A stretch of DNA of 62,426 bases, filler included. It is 6 parts of 6 records of this genome, joined end to end, with 100 filler letters (N's around TTAATTAATTAA, not from the genome) between each part and the next. Parts side by side here need not be neighbours in the genome. Positions count along the whole stretch, not along the records: positions 38,619 to 58,818 come from SRR20825010_7187; positions 58,919 to 62,426 come from SRR20825010_7197; 4 more parts are not named here. One strand, written 5' to 3'. The position numbers and the translations under genes are program-made. The notes beneath the pieces are model-generated. The model was not told where the DNA came from and made no database searches. It saw nothing but the letters and a program-made list of their open reading frames with translations. Positions 50,107-59,457 of the stretch are shown one piece after another. Position 1 is the first letter of the stretch. Each line of letters starts with the position of its first letter.

Positions 50107-53100
50107 ATGACAAATTGTTTCAAGACCCGCACGCGTCTGGCAACAGCTCTTGCCACTGTTTCCCTGCTGGCACTCTCCACCGCACCCGCCCTGTCCATGC
50201 CCGTTCTCTTCGGCGCTAACAATATTTCGGTCGAAGGCGGAGGCAGCACTTCAGACATTGCCGAAGGTTCGACCGTCACGGTCACAGGTGCGTTGCTGCA
50301 AATGCAACTGGCCGACGGCAGCACTATCACTGTGCCCAAAGGATCTTCTTTCCGCATCGTTGGAGAAGGTGACGACGTGACCATTGAGGTCATTTCGGGC
50401 AGCGTGCGTGTTGATAGTAAAGGCACACCCATCACCATCTCGCATAACGGCTCCAGTATTACGACTACAGGCGGAGCCTTCTCCGCCTTTGCCTCTGCAT
50501 CAGGTGGCCTTGACGGCCGTGTCAACAGCGGCACAGCCAAGGTCAATGCCGGCGGCGAGGTGCAGGAATTTGCAAAAGGTGAGGGCTATCTCGCATCTGC
50601 GGACGGTGTTTCGGGCACATTCACACCGCCTGTCCCCGGTACCACGCAAGTGGCATCCAATAACAAGACTGACTTTTCGACAGCCGACCAGCGCGATGCA
50701 GATGGCAATTCGGTAGTGGCTGAAGAGGCTCTGGGCGGCAGCAGCAGTGGTGGCTATGGCGGCATACCACCTGTCACCGGTGTCATCGTGCCGGTCACAG
50801 GCGATGAACACACCGGCTATTCTATTGTCTATTCCGCTGACAGCGTTGGCATTGACCAACGTGCCGACGTTACGGTCACGGTCGGCGCAAATGGTGAGCT
50901 CAATCGCTACAAAGTCGGTGACGGTTCCAGTGAGGACCTTGAGCGCAATTCCAATGACAGTCTTGAACGTGGCAATGCCAACGGCGAGATTTTCATCGAG
51001 CGTTGGGCCGGTGGCGAAACCAATGGCAATTACTACAACGATTACAACGGCACCACTTTCTCCAGCCTTGGTCGGACGTCCTATCAGGGCTACCACCTTG
51101 CTTATGGCGAGGTCGGCACAAATATTCCGATTTCCGGCACCGCGCTTTACTCGCTTGCTGCCGCCACCAATCCCACATTCGACAAAGGTCAAACTGCGCC
51201 TGGCACATTCACCGGCACGCTTGGCATAGCCTTTGGCCCCACCTTTAAGGTAGGCGTCGATTTCACCGCCACTATGGCAGGCGACCGCGCTTACAACATT
51301 CTGACACCTGGCGGTTCTGCCAATCCGTCTGCTGTAGCCAGCGTGGGTATTATTGCGGATGGCATTTTTACGGTAACCAACATTCCCGTGGCTCAAGGTG
51401 GCATTTCCTGCCCGACCGCGAATTGCTTTGCGGTAGTGGATGGTGTGATAGGTGGTGATGCGGCCAGTTCCATCGGCATTGCATGGCAGATTTTGGATTT
51501 CGGTTCGGAAGTGGACGAGTTCTACCGTGGCGTGCGCCTTTCGGGTGCGGCGGCCTTCACTCAGGATTCCTATAGTGCCGGAGGTGGCGGTGGTAGTGGT
51601 GGCGGTGAAGAAGCCGCCATCGATAGCGGTTCGCTTGATGCACCGTTCCGCACCCCTTCAAGTGGCACCTATTTTGGTAATTCGCTTTACGCCCCCATCT
51701 TGTCCTTCCAGCGCGAAGCCACAATCACTCATGACCTTGTGTTCGACGAGCGAGGTGCTTTTATCGGCTTCCGCGGAACCAGCAATGGTTCGGGCACGTA
51801 CCGTCTCAATGATGGTGTCATCGCCGATCTTGCAGGCACTGCCTATATGCAGATCGGTCGCTGGAATGGCGGTACCATCCTCAAGAATGGTGAAACCTAC
51901 TTCACAGTTGGCGGTTGGCAGGGCGTGCCATATCTTCTCGGTGCGCCGATCAATAATTCTTATCTGCCTACATCGGGCACGGCCACATATGCACTGAGTG
52001 CCGCCACAGCACCGATCTTTGCGTCAGGTGCCTTCGCGCCGGGCGTATTCGATGGCAGCGCAGCCATTCTCTTCGGGGCCAGTGGCGGCAACCAGTGGAA
52101 GCTTGGTCTTGATGCCACTGTTACCATGCAGGAAACCAGCGGCGAGGTTGTCTACAACATTGCGACTCCGGGCGGCATTGTCGATCCGTCGCAAAGTCCG
52201 ATCAGCGGTGCCATTGCTTTCTATACAATCGACAGCCCCGTAGGCAGTTCCATTTGCCCCAGCACCACCTGTCAGGTTGATATTCGTTCAGCCATGGTCG
52301 GTGGTCCATCGGGCCGCGATGCGGGCATCAATTATGTGATCTATCAGGGTAGCAGTGATGCCATCATGGGCAGTGCCTTGTTCCAGGTTATTGGCAATGA
52401 TGTTCTCTATGATCAGGACATTGGCATGCTGGTACGGGCCATTTCGCCTAATAACAGCATCGTCACCGGCAGCCTTGGTGCCTATGGCGGACAGGATCAA
52501 ACAATTACCCATGAAGATGGTGGCGGCCTTTCGCAATTCGGTGCGCCGGGCAATTCCCAGAATTACCGTAGTGGCACCACCATTGTATCGGGCGGCACCA
52601 GCCAGGGCATGTCATGGTCGCGCTGGTCCAACGGTACAGCGGAAAGCGATTATCTGGCCGATAACCAGATCGTCTTGGGGGCTAATCAGTCCATCCATGC
52701 TGTAGCGGGTGCGCAGGCCAGCTCCATTCCAACCACTGGTACAGCGCAATACACGCTAGCTGGTGCGACGGCGCCCACCATCTCGGATGGTTCCGTGGCC
52801 CCGGGTACATTCTCCGGCACACTCGGTGTTGCTTTCGGCAGCTATGGTGATGCGCGTGTCGGCGTTGACTTCGATGTCGCTATTGGTGGCTTTACCTACA
52901 ATATTCTGTCCACGGGCGGATCGGCCACACCGGGCACCAGCGAAATCCTTCTCAACGGTGCTTCCTTCTCCAACTCACATGTGCCGGTTGCGATGGCAGG
53001 TGGTCCGGCTTGCACGGGCATGACGTGTGAAGCAACCGTCTCTGGTTTCCTCACAGGCAGTGGTGCGACAGGTGCTGCATTGTCCTATGCAATCTCAAGC

Positions 53101-53166
53101 AACGGTTCACCCAATCTTGAAAACACAGTGCAAGGCGTCGCAGCCTTCACCACTGCTGTCCCATGA
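50107..53166 (+). CDS. Secreted 1019-aa protein: FecR-like N-domain plus three TbpB/HphA-like handle-barrel repeats (putative T11SS cargo)
   Basis: Sec signal, FecR-like MQLADGSTITV..SSFRI..SGSVRV, then three copies of RW.GG...P.SGTA.Y.L.AAT.P...APG.F.G...FG...C-x4-C...G.A.F. Confidence 0.82.
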   Translation: MTNCFKTRTRLATALATVSLLALSTAPALSMPVLFGANNISVEGGGSTSDIAEGSTVTVTGALLQMQLADGSTITVPKGSSFRIVGEGDDVTIEVISGSVRVDSKGTPITISHNGSSITTTGGAFSAFASASGGLDGRVNSGTAKVNAGGEVQEFAKGEGYLASADGVSGTFTPPVPGTTQVASNNKTDFSTADQRDADGNSVVAEEALGGSSSGGYGGIPPVTGVIVPVTGDEHTGYSIVYSADSVGIDQRADVTVTVGANGELNRYKVGDGSSEDLERNSNDSLERGNANGEIFIERWAGGETNGNYYNDYNGTTFSSLGRTSYQGYHLAYGEVGTNIPISGTALYSLAAATNPTFDKGQTAPGTFTGTLGIAFGPTFKVGVDFTATMAGDRAYNILTPGGSANPSAVASVGIIADGIFTVTNIPVAQGGISCPTANCFAVVDGVIGGDAASSIGIAWQILDFGSEVDEFYRGVRLSGAAAFTQDSYSAGGGGGSGGGEEAAIDSGSLDAPFRTPSSGTYFGNSLYAPILSFQREATITHDLVFDERGAFIGFRGTSNGSGTYRLNDGVIADLAGTAYMQIGRWNGGTILKNGETYFTVGGWQGVPYLLGAPINNSYLPTSGTATYALSAATAPIFASGAFAPGVFDGSAAILFGASGGNQWKLGLDATVTMQETSGEVVYNIATPGGIVDPSQSPISGAIAFYTIDSPVGSSICPSTTCQVDIRSAMVGGPSGRDAGINYVIYQGSSDAIMGSALFQVIGNDVLYDQDIGMLVRAISPNNSIVTGSLGAYGGQDQTITHEDGGGLSQFGAPGNSQNYRSGTTIVSGGTSQGMSWSRWSNGTAESDYLADNQIVLGANQSIHAVAGAQASSIPTTGTAQYTLAGATAPTISDGSVAPGTFSGTLGVAFGSYGDARVGVDFDVAIGGFTYNILSTGGSATPGTSEILLNGASFSNSHVPVAMAGGPACTGMTCEATVSGFLTGSGATGAALSYAISSNGSPNLENTVQGVAAFTTAVP

Positions 53167-53231
53167 CGTAGGGGCAGAGCGCTACAAAAGAGGTCGGCTG
53201 GACTGTGCTGCAACCCCTTTCAGCTGACCGA

Positions 53232-53269
53232 CCCCATATCCGCCACTAAGCCCTCAGGCGGATATGGGG
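53232..53269. terminator. Strong stem-loop after the cargo gene
   Basis: CCCCATATCCGCC-12 nt-GGCGGATATGGGG, a 13-bp perfect stem. The U-tract is weak. Confidence 0.6.
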
Positions 53270-53363
53270 GTTCAATTATGGAGATGTTTAAGCGACGGTC
53301 TTCTCATAGCCGCACGTAACCCTATAATGCGCCTTGGTTTGGGTTTTGGGTTGCAAGTTGTAT

Positions 53364-55124
53364 ATGTCTGGTTCTGGTGAAGTCCTTTCTGTTGTTCTGG
53401 ACGCGGTATATGCATGCGCGGCTGATCCGGACCGTTGGGAAGATCTGATCGACGTCTATGCTTCGCTCGAACCTCATTTCAGCGACGGAGAAGATGGTCT
53501 GTCCGATGGCGGTGCGATGGCGGAAACTCTTCAGCCGCATCTCGACCGTGCCGGAGATGTCGCGCGCCGTGTGCTTCAAGCATCCGCCGTTCCAGAATCC
53601 GGCATGCAGACACAGACCACGCCGCCGCCCGTTGTTTATGTCCTGATCGGACGCGACCAACGCATTATTTCTACTTCGCCGTCGGTTCCTGCATTGCTTT
53701 CATCATTTTGTGCGCCTCTTGATCAGGGGCGTCTTTTTTCGATGGAAGATGCCGATAATCAGAAGCGCTATCGCGACGCCCGTGACGCCTTGAAAACAGG
53801 TGACGGCACCATGCCGGTTCTGTTCAGTTTCGATGACGGCACAGCAACACAATCTGTTTCCGGCTTTCTGGTGGACGCACCACACGCCAGCCGGTTGCTT
53901 GGTCTGGATAGTTCCGAACCGCTGCATGCCGAGTCCCATGCTTTGATCTTGCCGGATCGCACAGCTCTTGTGCGGCACGACCATCTTTTGCGAGCCAGTC
54001 TCGGGCTTACACCAGCGGAGTTGCGTCTTGCCAATCTGCTAAAGGATGGCTTGTCGCTTGCGGAAGCCGCGCCGCAGCTTGGCATCGCTGTCAATACGGC
54101 GCGAAACCAGCTCCGCGCCATTTTCACAAAACTGGGGGTTAACCGGCAAAGCGAAATGGTGCGCCATCTTGCAGAGCTTGGTCAGCTTGCTGCCTTTGTC
54201 CGTGGTCCCGACAATTTGCCGGACACCTTGCCCGCGTCGCAGGTCGGCAAGAATGGGGATAGTATCGAGACAACCCGCCGGTTTGTTACTTTGCCCGACG
54301 GGCGCAAACTTGCTTACCGTGAATATGGTGCCGAAGCCGGCATGCCGGTTTTCTTTTTGCACGCGGTTCTCTCGGGTTCGCTTTTAAGAGATGACGAAGC
54401 ACAAATGGCCCTTCGCCACGGTTTACGGCTCATTGTGATCGAGCGCCCCGGCACTGGCTGGTCAACATTTGATCCGGATATGAGTTTTGAGACTGTGGCC
54501 AAGGATTTGGAATTCTTGGCCGACGCGCTTGAATTGAAACAGGTTCTCGTCTCGGGCCGTTCGTCGGGCGCGCGTTTTGCCATTGCGGTTGCGAGACGCA
54601 TGGGTTCCCGCGTGCCGCGTCTTTTGCTTTGGGCTCCGCGCTTCAATGTCGATCCCGAACTCGATCGTCGTGATCTGCTCGGTCGTTTCTACGCCGGCAT
54701 GCGTCGTGTACCTTGGTATGCCCGGGCAGCCTTGTCGCTCTTGCGTGCCAAACTCTCGCGCCCTTTCTTGCGCGAAATGCTCATGCGCAGTCACGAACGT
54801 TCCCCTGCCGACCACGCCCTTATGGTCAACGACCCCGGATTGCTGGATTTCATGGTGCGGCAATCATTCGAGGCTCTGGAAATCACACATGAAGGCGTGG
54901 TGGGCGAGGCGCGTCTGCTCGACACCGATCAGCCGCTGGATCTGGACGGACTGGAGGCGGAACTGGTCATCTGGCACGGCCGCGAAGACGGATATGTCAA
55001 CAGCCGCGAGATAGAGCGCCGTGTGAGCAACCTTCCTTATGCAGAGTTTCGCCTGCTCGACAACGAAGGGCACATCTTCTCTCTGGACGCGCGCGAGAAA
55101 GTCTTCAAGCGTTTAAGGGATTAG
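53364..55124 (+). CDS. LuxR-HTH / alpha-beta hydrolase fusion regulator
   Basis: Central LTPAELRLA..GLSLAEAA..NTARNQLRAIFTKLG..RQSE, then LPDGRKLAYREYG, ERPGTG, GRSSG, WHGRED and EGH. Confidence 0.9.
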   Translation: MSGSGEVLSVVLDAVYACAADPDRWEDLIDVYASLEPHFSDGEDGLSDGGAMAETLQPHLDRAGDVARRVLQASAVPESGMQTQTTPPPVVYVLIGRDQRIISTSPSVPALLSSFCAPLDQGRLFSMEDADNQKRYRDARDALKTGDGTMPVLFSFDDGTATQSVSGFLVDAPHASRLLGLDSSEPLHAESHALILPDRTALVRHDHLLRASLGLTPAELRLANLLKDGLSLAEAAPQLGIAVNTARNQLRAIFTKLGVNRQSEMVRHLAELGQLAAFVRGPDNLPDTLPASQVGKNGDSIETTRRFVTLPDGRKLAYREYGAEAGMPVFFLHAVLSGSLLRDDEAQMALRHGLRLIVIERPGTGWSTFDPDMSFETVAKDLEFLADALELKQVLVSGRSSGARFAIAVARRMGSRVPRLLLWAPRFNVDPELDRRDLLGRFYAGMRRVPWYARAALSLLRAKLSRPFLREMLMRSHERSPADHALMVNDPGLLDFMVRQSFEALEITHEGVVGEARLLDTDQPLDLDGLEAELVIWHGREDGYVNSREIERRVSNLPYAEFRLLDNEGHIFSLDAREKVFKRLRD

Positions 55125-55142
55125 CCCGCAGCCTTGGTTGGG

Positions 55143-56927
55143 CTATAGCGGCCAGACCCAGAGGATCATCGGCACCGCGATGATGACAATGGCAAATTCC
55201 AGCGGCAGTCCCACACGCCAATAGTCCGAAAAGCGATAGCCGCCCGGCTCCATCACAAGCGTATTGGACTGATGTCCGATCGGCGTCAGAAACGCGCAGG
55301 ATGCGCCAATGGCAACAGCCATCAGGAACGGGTCAGAATTCACCCCAAGACGTTCGGCCAGCGTGATCGCGATGGGAGCCATAAGCACCGCTGTCGCATT
55401 ATTGTTGATCACATCGGACACACCCATAGTCACAACCAGCAAGATACCCATGACCCAGATCGGTCCCCAGCCTTGTGTGATGTCGAGGATCGAGCCTGCC
55501 ACCAGCGCTGTGCCGCCGGTTGCCTCCAATGCACCACCCACAGGAAACATCGCCGCCAGCAGCACGATCACCGGCCAGTCAATTGCCTGGTAGACTTCAT
55601 TGGGCCGCACGATATTGGTAGCAACAAGGGCCGCCGCCGCGCCCACAAAGGCTAGATGAACCGGCACCACGCCTGCAATCACAAGCGCGATAGCGGCAGC
55701 AAAAAATCCGCTCGCCATCACCAAGCGTCTTTGCCGCCCGATGCCAATGCTGCGTTCGGCCAGTGGCAGACAGCCCAGTGTCGCCAGCAGATCGCTCATG
55801 CCGCTGCGTGATCCCTGCAGCAACATCACGTCGCCGGCATGAAACGTCACATTGCCCACGCGTTCGCCGATGCGTTGTCCTTGACGTGCAATAGCGAGCA
55901 GGTTCACGCCATGCACTGTACGTAGCCGTGTGGATGTCGGGGTGAGTCCAATCAGCATGGAATCGGAGCTGATGACCGCTTCGACAAGATCGATCTCGTC
56001 CGACTTTAGGTCCTCGCGGCCAAATTCCTGATCGCCCACCAGCGACAGACCGCCGCCATCGATCATGGCTTTGAGTGCACTTGTATCGCCGCGCAGCACC
56101 AGCACATCGCCCGCCCGCAAGCGGTGATAACCAGTTGGCACAAGGCGGCGCTGGTCGTCATGGATCACACCGGCAATGATCACATCGTCATTGGCGAGCT
56201 TTTCCAGTTCGAACACAGTCATGCCCACGGCCTTTGCCCCTTCGGGAATTTCCGCTTCGGTAATGTAGTCGTCTATTTCAAAAGCCGAGCCGTTTGCCGA
56301 TTTGCGTTCCGCCAGCGGCAGCAGCCGCCAGCCGATGAAAACCAGAAAGATCAGTCCCGCCACGGCCACAGCCATACCCACAGGCGTGAAGGCGAACATG
56401 GAGAATGCCTCGCCCGTCCGGTTGGCACGAAAGCTGGAGATAATGATATTGGGAGGCGTACCGATCAGAGTCGTCAGTCCGCCCAGCAGCGATGCAAAGG
56501 CCAGCGGCATCAGTGTTTTTGCTGGCGAGTATCCGTCGCGATAGGCATTGCGCATAGCCACAGGCAGCATAAGCGCCAGAGCACCCACATTGTTCATGAA
56601 GCTCGACAGAACGGCGATCACCAGACATTGCGCGGCCAGCTGCAGGTTTTCTCGCCCTCGCAATGGCCCGATGGCCGCCACGACCAAATCGACCAGACCT
56701 GCATTCTGCAAACCGCGGCTGATAATGAGAACTGCCGCCACTGTAATGACGGCTGGATGTGCAAAGCCCTGAAAGGCATCGGCCACCGGCACCAATCCGG
56801 TCAGCGTCACAGCCATTAGCGCAAAGATAGCCACAACGTCATAGCGCCACCGGCCCCAGATAAAGAGGCCGAGCGTCGCGCCCAGAATTCCGAAAGCTAT
56901 GGCTTGCTGCGCCGTCATCAAGGTCAC
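55143..56927 (-). CDS. SLC13/DASS family permease with two TrkA-C domains
   Basis: RYDVVA, SSFMNNVGA, GGLTTLIGTPPN, INNNAT and FLTPIGHQSN. Confidence 0.93.
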   Translation of the reverse strand: MTLMTAQQAIAFGILGATLGLFIWGRWRYDVVAIFALMAVTLTGLVPVADAFQGFAHPAVITVAAVLIISRGLQNAGLVDLVVAAIGPLRGRENLQLAAQCLVIAVLSSFMNNVGALALMLPVAMRNAYRDGYSPAKTLMPLAFASLLGGLTTLIGTPPNIIISSFRANRTGEAFSMFAFTPVGMAVAVAGLIFLVFIGWRLLPLAERKSANGSAFEIDDYITEAEIPEGAKAVGMTVFELEKLANDDVIIAGVIHDDQRRLVPTGYHRLRAGDVLVLRGDTSALKAMIDGGGLSLVGDQEFGREDLKSDEIDLVEAVISSDSMLIGLTPTSTRLRTVHGVNLLAIARQGQRIGERVGNVTFHAGDVMLLQGSRSGMSDLLATLGCLPLAERSIGIGRQRRLVMASGFFAAAIALVIAGVVPVHLAFVGAAAALVATNIVRPNEVYQAIDWPVIVLLAAMFPVGGALEATGGTALVAGSILDITQGWGPIWVMGILLVVTMGVSDVINNNATAVLMAPIAITLAERLGVNSDPFLMAVAIGASCAFLTPIGHQSNTLVMEPGGYRFSDYWRVGLPLEFAIVIIAVPMILWVWPL

Positions 56928-57007
56928 TCCAGACCGGTCTCGTGAAGTAGGAATTTGGAATTAAAGTGCGTTTGCGTCTTTGGCAAACGGTCTGCTGAAT
57001 GTGCCGT

Positions 57008-57511
57008 CTACTCGGTATCCGGCTTGTCCTCGACATGGCGATCGATCTCGCCCGCGTCGATCAGCGGCGCGGCGTCGATATCTGTAGCATCCAGCAGGTC
57101 ACCCAGCCGTTCTAGTGCAGACAATATCATGGCCTGCTCCCAGCTTGGCAGAGTGATAAAGCGGTCCGAAAACCGCTGTTGCAATAGGTCGGGGGCCTGT
57201 TCCAGCACCGCGCGGCCCTCATCTGTCACACGGAGGTCGATCTGCCGCTTATCGCGTTCATTGCGTTGGCGGCTGGCAAATCCTGCTTTTTCCAACCGAT
57301 CCACGATATTGGTCACCGTCGCCTGCCCGAATTTGAGCGAGGTTGCCACCGCGCTCGGAGTGATGGGCCCCCGACGGTCGATTTGCTGCAAAACCATGAG
57401 CTGAGATGGCGTCAGGCCGGTGGCAGAGGCCAATTGCCGTCCGCCTTGATCTGTCGCTCGCAAAATGCGCCTGAGCGCCCGCAGCGTGTGGTCTGTGATC
57501 TGCCTGTCCAT
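57008..57511 (-). CDS. ectR: MarR family ectoine regulator EctR/CosR
   Basis: LRALRRILRATD, GLTPSQL, QATVTNIVDRLE, DKR and DAAPLI. Divergent from ectA. Confidence 0.85.
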   Translation of the reverse strand: MDRQITDHTLRALRRILRATDQGGRQLASATGLTPSQLMVLQQIDRRGPITPSAVATSLKFGQATVTNIVDRLEKAGFASRQRNERDKRQIDLRVTDEGRAVLEQAPDLLQQRFSDRFITLPSWEQAMILSALERLGDLLDATDIDAAPLIDAGEIDRHVEDKPDTE

Positions 57512-57569
57512 AACAATGACGGTTAAAGGTTCTCTGGCCCTCTGCCAAGCCTGATTTGTGAGCAAATAA

Positions 57570-57586
57570 ACTTCGGCAACCGAAGT
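57570..57586. promoter_or_regulatory. Palindromic MarR/EctR operator 1
   Basis: Perfect ACTTCGG-CAA-CCGAAGT between ectR and ectA. Confidence 0.7.
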
Positions 57587-57696
57587 AATTTTCGGCAGAA
57601 AACAGCCGATTATCAGCTACAGCTTGAATTTTCCGCAGAAAATCTCTATATCCTGCTCACCGATCGGGCAGATTTGGTCTGTCTCCCAGTAAAATT

Positions 57697-57713
57697 CCTT
57701 CGGAGGACGAAAT
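57697..57713. promoter_or_regulatory. Degenerate MarR/EctR operator 2
   Basis: CCTTCGG-AGG-ACGAAAT followed by AATTT, matching operator 1 in core and flank. Confidence 0.6.
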
Positions 57714-57813
57714 AATTTCTATTTACGTTCAAGAAGGGGCTGGTTCGGGATCATCCGGCGAGACTCGTGATAAAAGCCGGAGCAATGGGGGTAGCCGTAA
57801 AGACGCGGATCCT

Positions 57814-58359
57814 CTTCATTTCAGGGCACCTCAGGCCGAGGATGGCCCCGCTGTAACGGCGTTGATCTCCGCTTGTCCCCCGCTCGACACCAATTCGGCC
57901 TATTGCAATCTCCTGCAATGCAGCCATTTCGCCGACACATGCGTACTTGTCGAGCGCGAAACGGCGCAAGGGCGTCAGGCGGTCGGCTGGATTTCCGGCC
58001 ATCGTCCTCCGTCCGACCCGGATGTCTTTTTTGTCTGGCAGGTCGCTGTCCATGAAAGCGCGCGAGGCCTGGGCCTTGGCCGCCGCATGATTGCGCATCT
58101 GCTGGCCCGTTCTTCGGCCAAGGGGGCCACCAAGCTTCATACGACCATCACAGAGGACAATGACGCCTCTTGGGGTCTGTTTGTTTCTTTTGCGCGCCGC
58201 ATTGGCGCTGACCTTCACAAAGCGCCCTTTTTTGAGCGCGAAGCCCATTTCGGCGGGGCGCATGACACCGAATTTCTGGTCACGATTTCCCCACTTCCTG
58301 ACCAGTCGGCAGAAACGCGAACCGCTCATATCAATCCGGCTGCAACGGCAGCCAAATAG
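57814..58359 (+). CDS. ectA: Diaminobutyrate acetyltransferase (start codon unresolved)
   Basis: LHFRAPQAEDG..LISACPPLDTNSAYCNLL, FVWQVAV, RGLGLG, TTITEDNDASW and HFGGAHDTE. Homology begins 16 codons before the first canonical start (TTG 57862). Confidence 0.93.
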   Translation, partial: LHFRAPQAEDGPAVTALISACPPLDTNSAYCNLLQCSHFADTCVLVERETAQGRQAVGWISGHRPPSDPDVFFVWQVAVHESARGLGLGRRMIAHLLARSSAKGATKLHTTITEDNDASWGLFVSFARRIGADLHKAPFFEREAHFGGAHDTEFLVTISPLPDQSAETRTAHINPAATAAK

Positions 58360-58818
<459 letters not shown>

Positions 58819-58918
58819 NNNNNNNNNNNNNNNNNNNNNNNNNNNNNNNNNNNNNNNNNNNNTTAATTAATTAANNNNNNNNNNNNNNNNNNNNNNNNNN
58901 NNNNNNNNNNNNNNNNNN
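58819..58918. other. Artificial contig spacer
   Basis: N44-TTAATTAATTAA-N44. Confidence 0.99.
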
Positions 58919-59405
58919 CCCGGTCCTGACCGAAAACCTGACCGGCCTCGCCCGCCTTGTTCGCATGGCGACGATCCCGGCGATGGAAAATGTGGCGCTC
59001 TGGCATGAGCGGGATATCTCCCATTCCTCCGTTGAACGCGGCATTGGCCCGGATGCGACGATAACGCTCGATTTCGCGCTCGCCCGCCTCACCTCCGTGA
59101 TCGAGAAACTGGTGATCTATCCGGAAAATATGATGGCGAATATGAACAAGCTGGGGGGCCTGATCCATTCGCAGCGTGTTCTGCTGGCCCTGACGCAGGC
59201 CGGTGTCAGCCGGGAAGATTCATACCGTCTCGTGCAACGCAACGCCATGCGTGTCTGGCGGGAGGGCGCGGATTTCCTCGAACTGCTCAAAGCGGATGAG
59301 GAAGTAACAAACGCCTTGTCAGACGATCAGATCGAAGGCGTTTTTGATCTTGAGTATCACACCAAGCATGTGGAAACGATTTTCCGGCGGGTCTTCGGCG
59401 ACTAA
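58919..59405 (+). CDS. purB: Adenylosuccinate lyase (5'-truncated)
   Basis: PVLTENLTGLARLVR, ENVALWHERDISHSSVER, SQRVLLAL and VQRNAM. Confidence 0.96.
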
Positions 59406-59457
59406 CCGCAAAAGAGGCCCGCGTCGGTCAAAAAAGCTGCCATCTTCCGATAGATAA

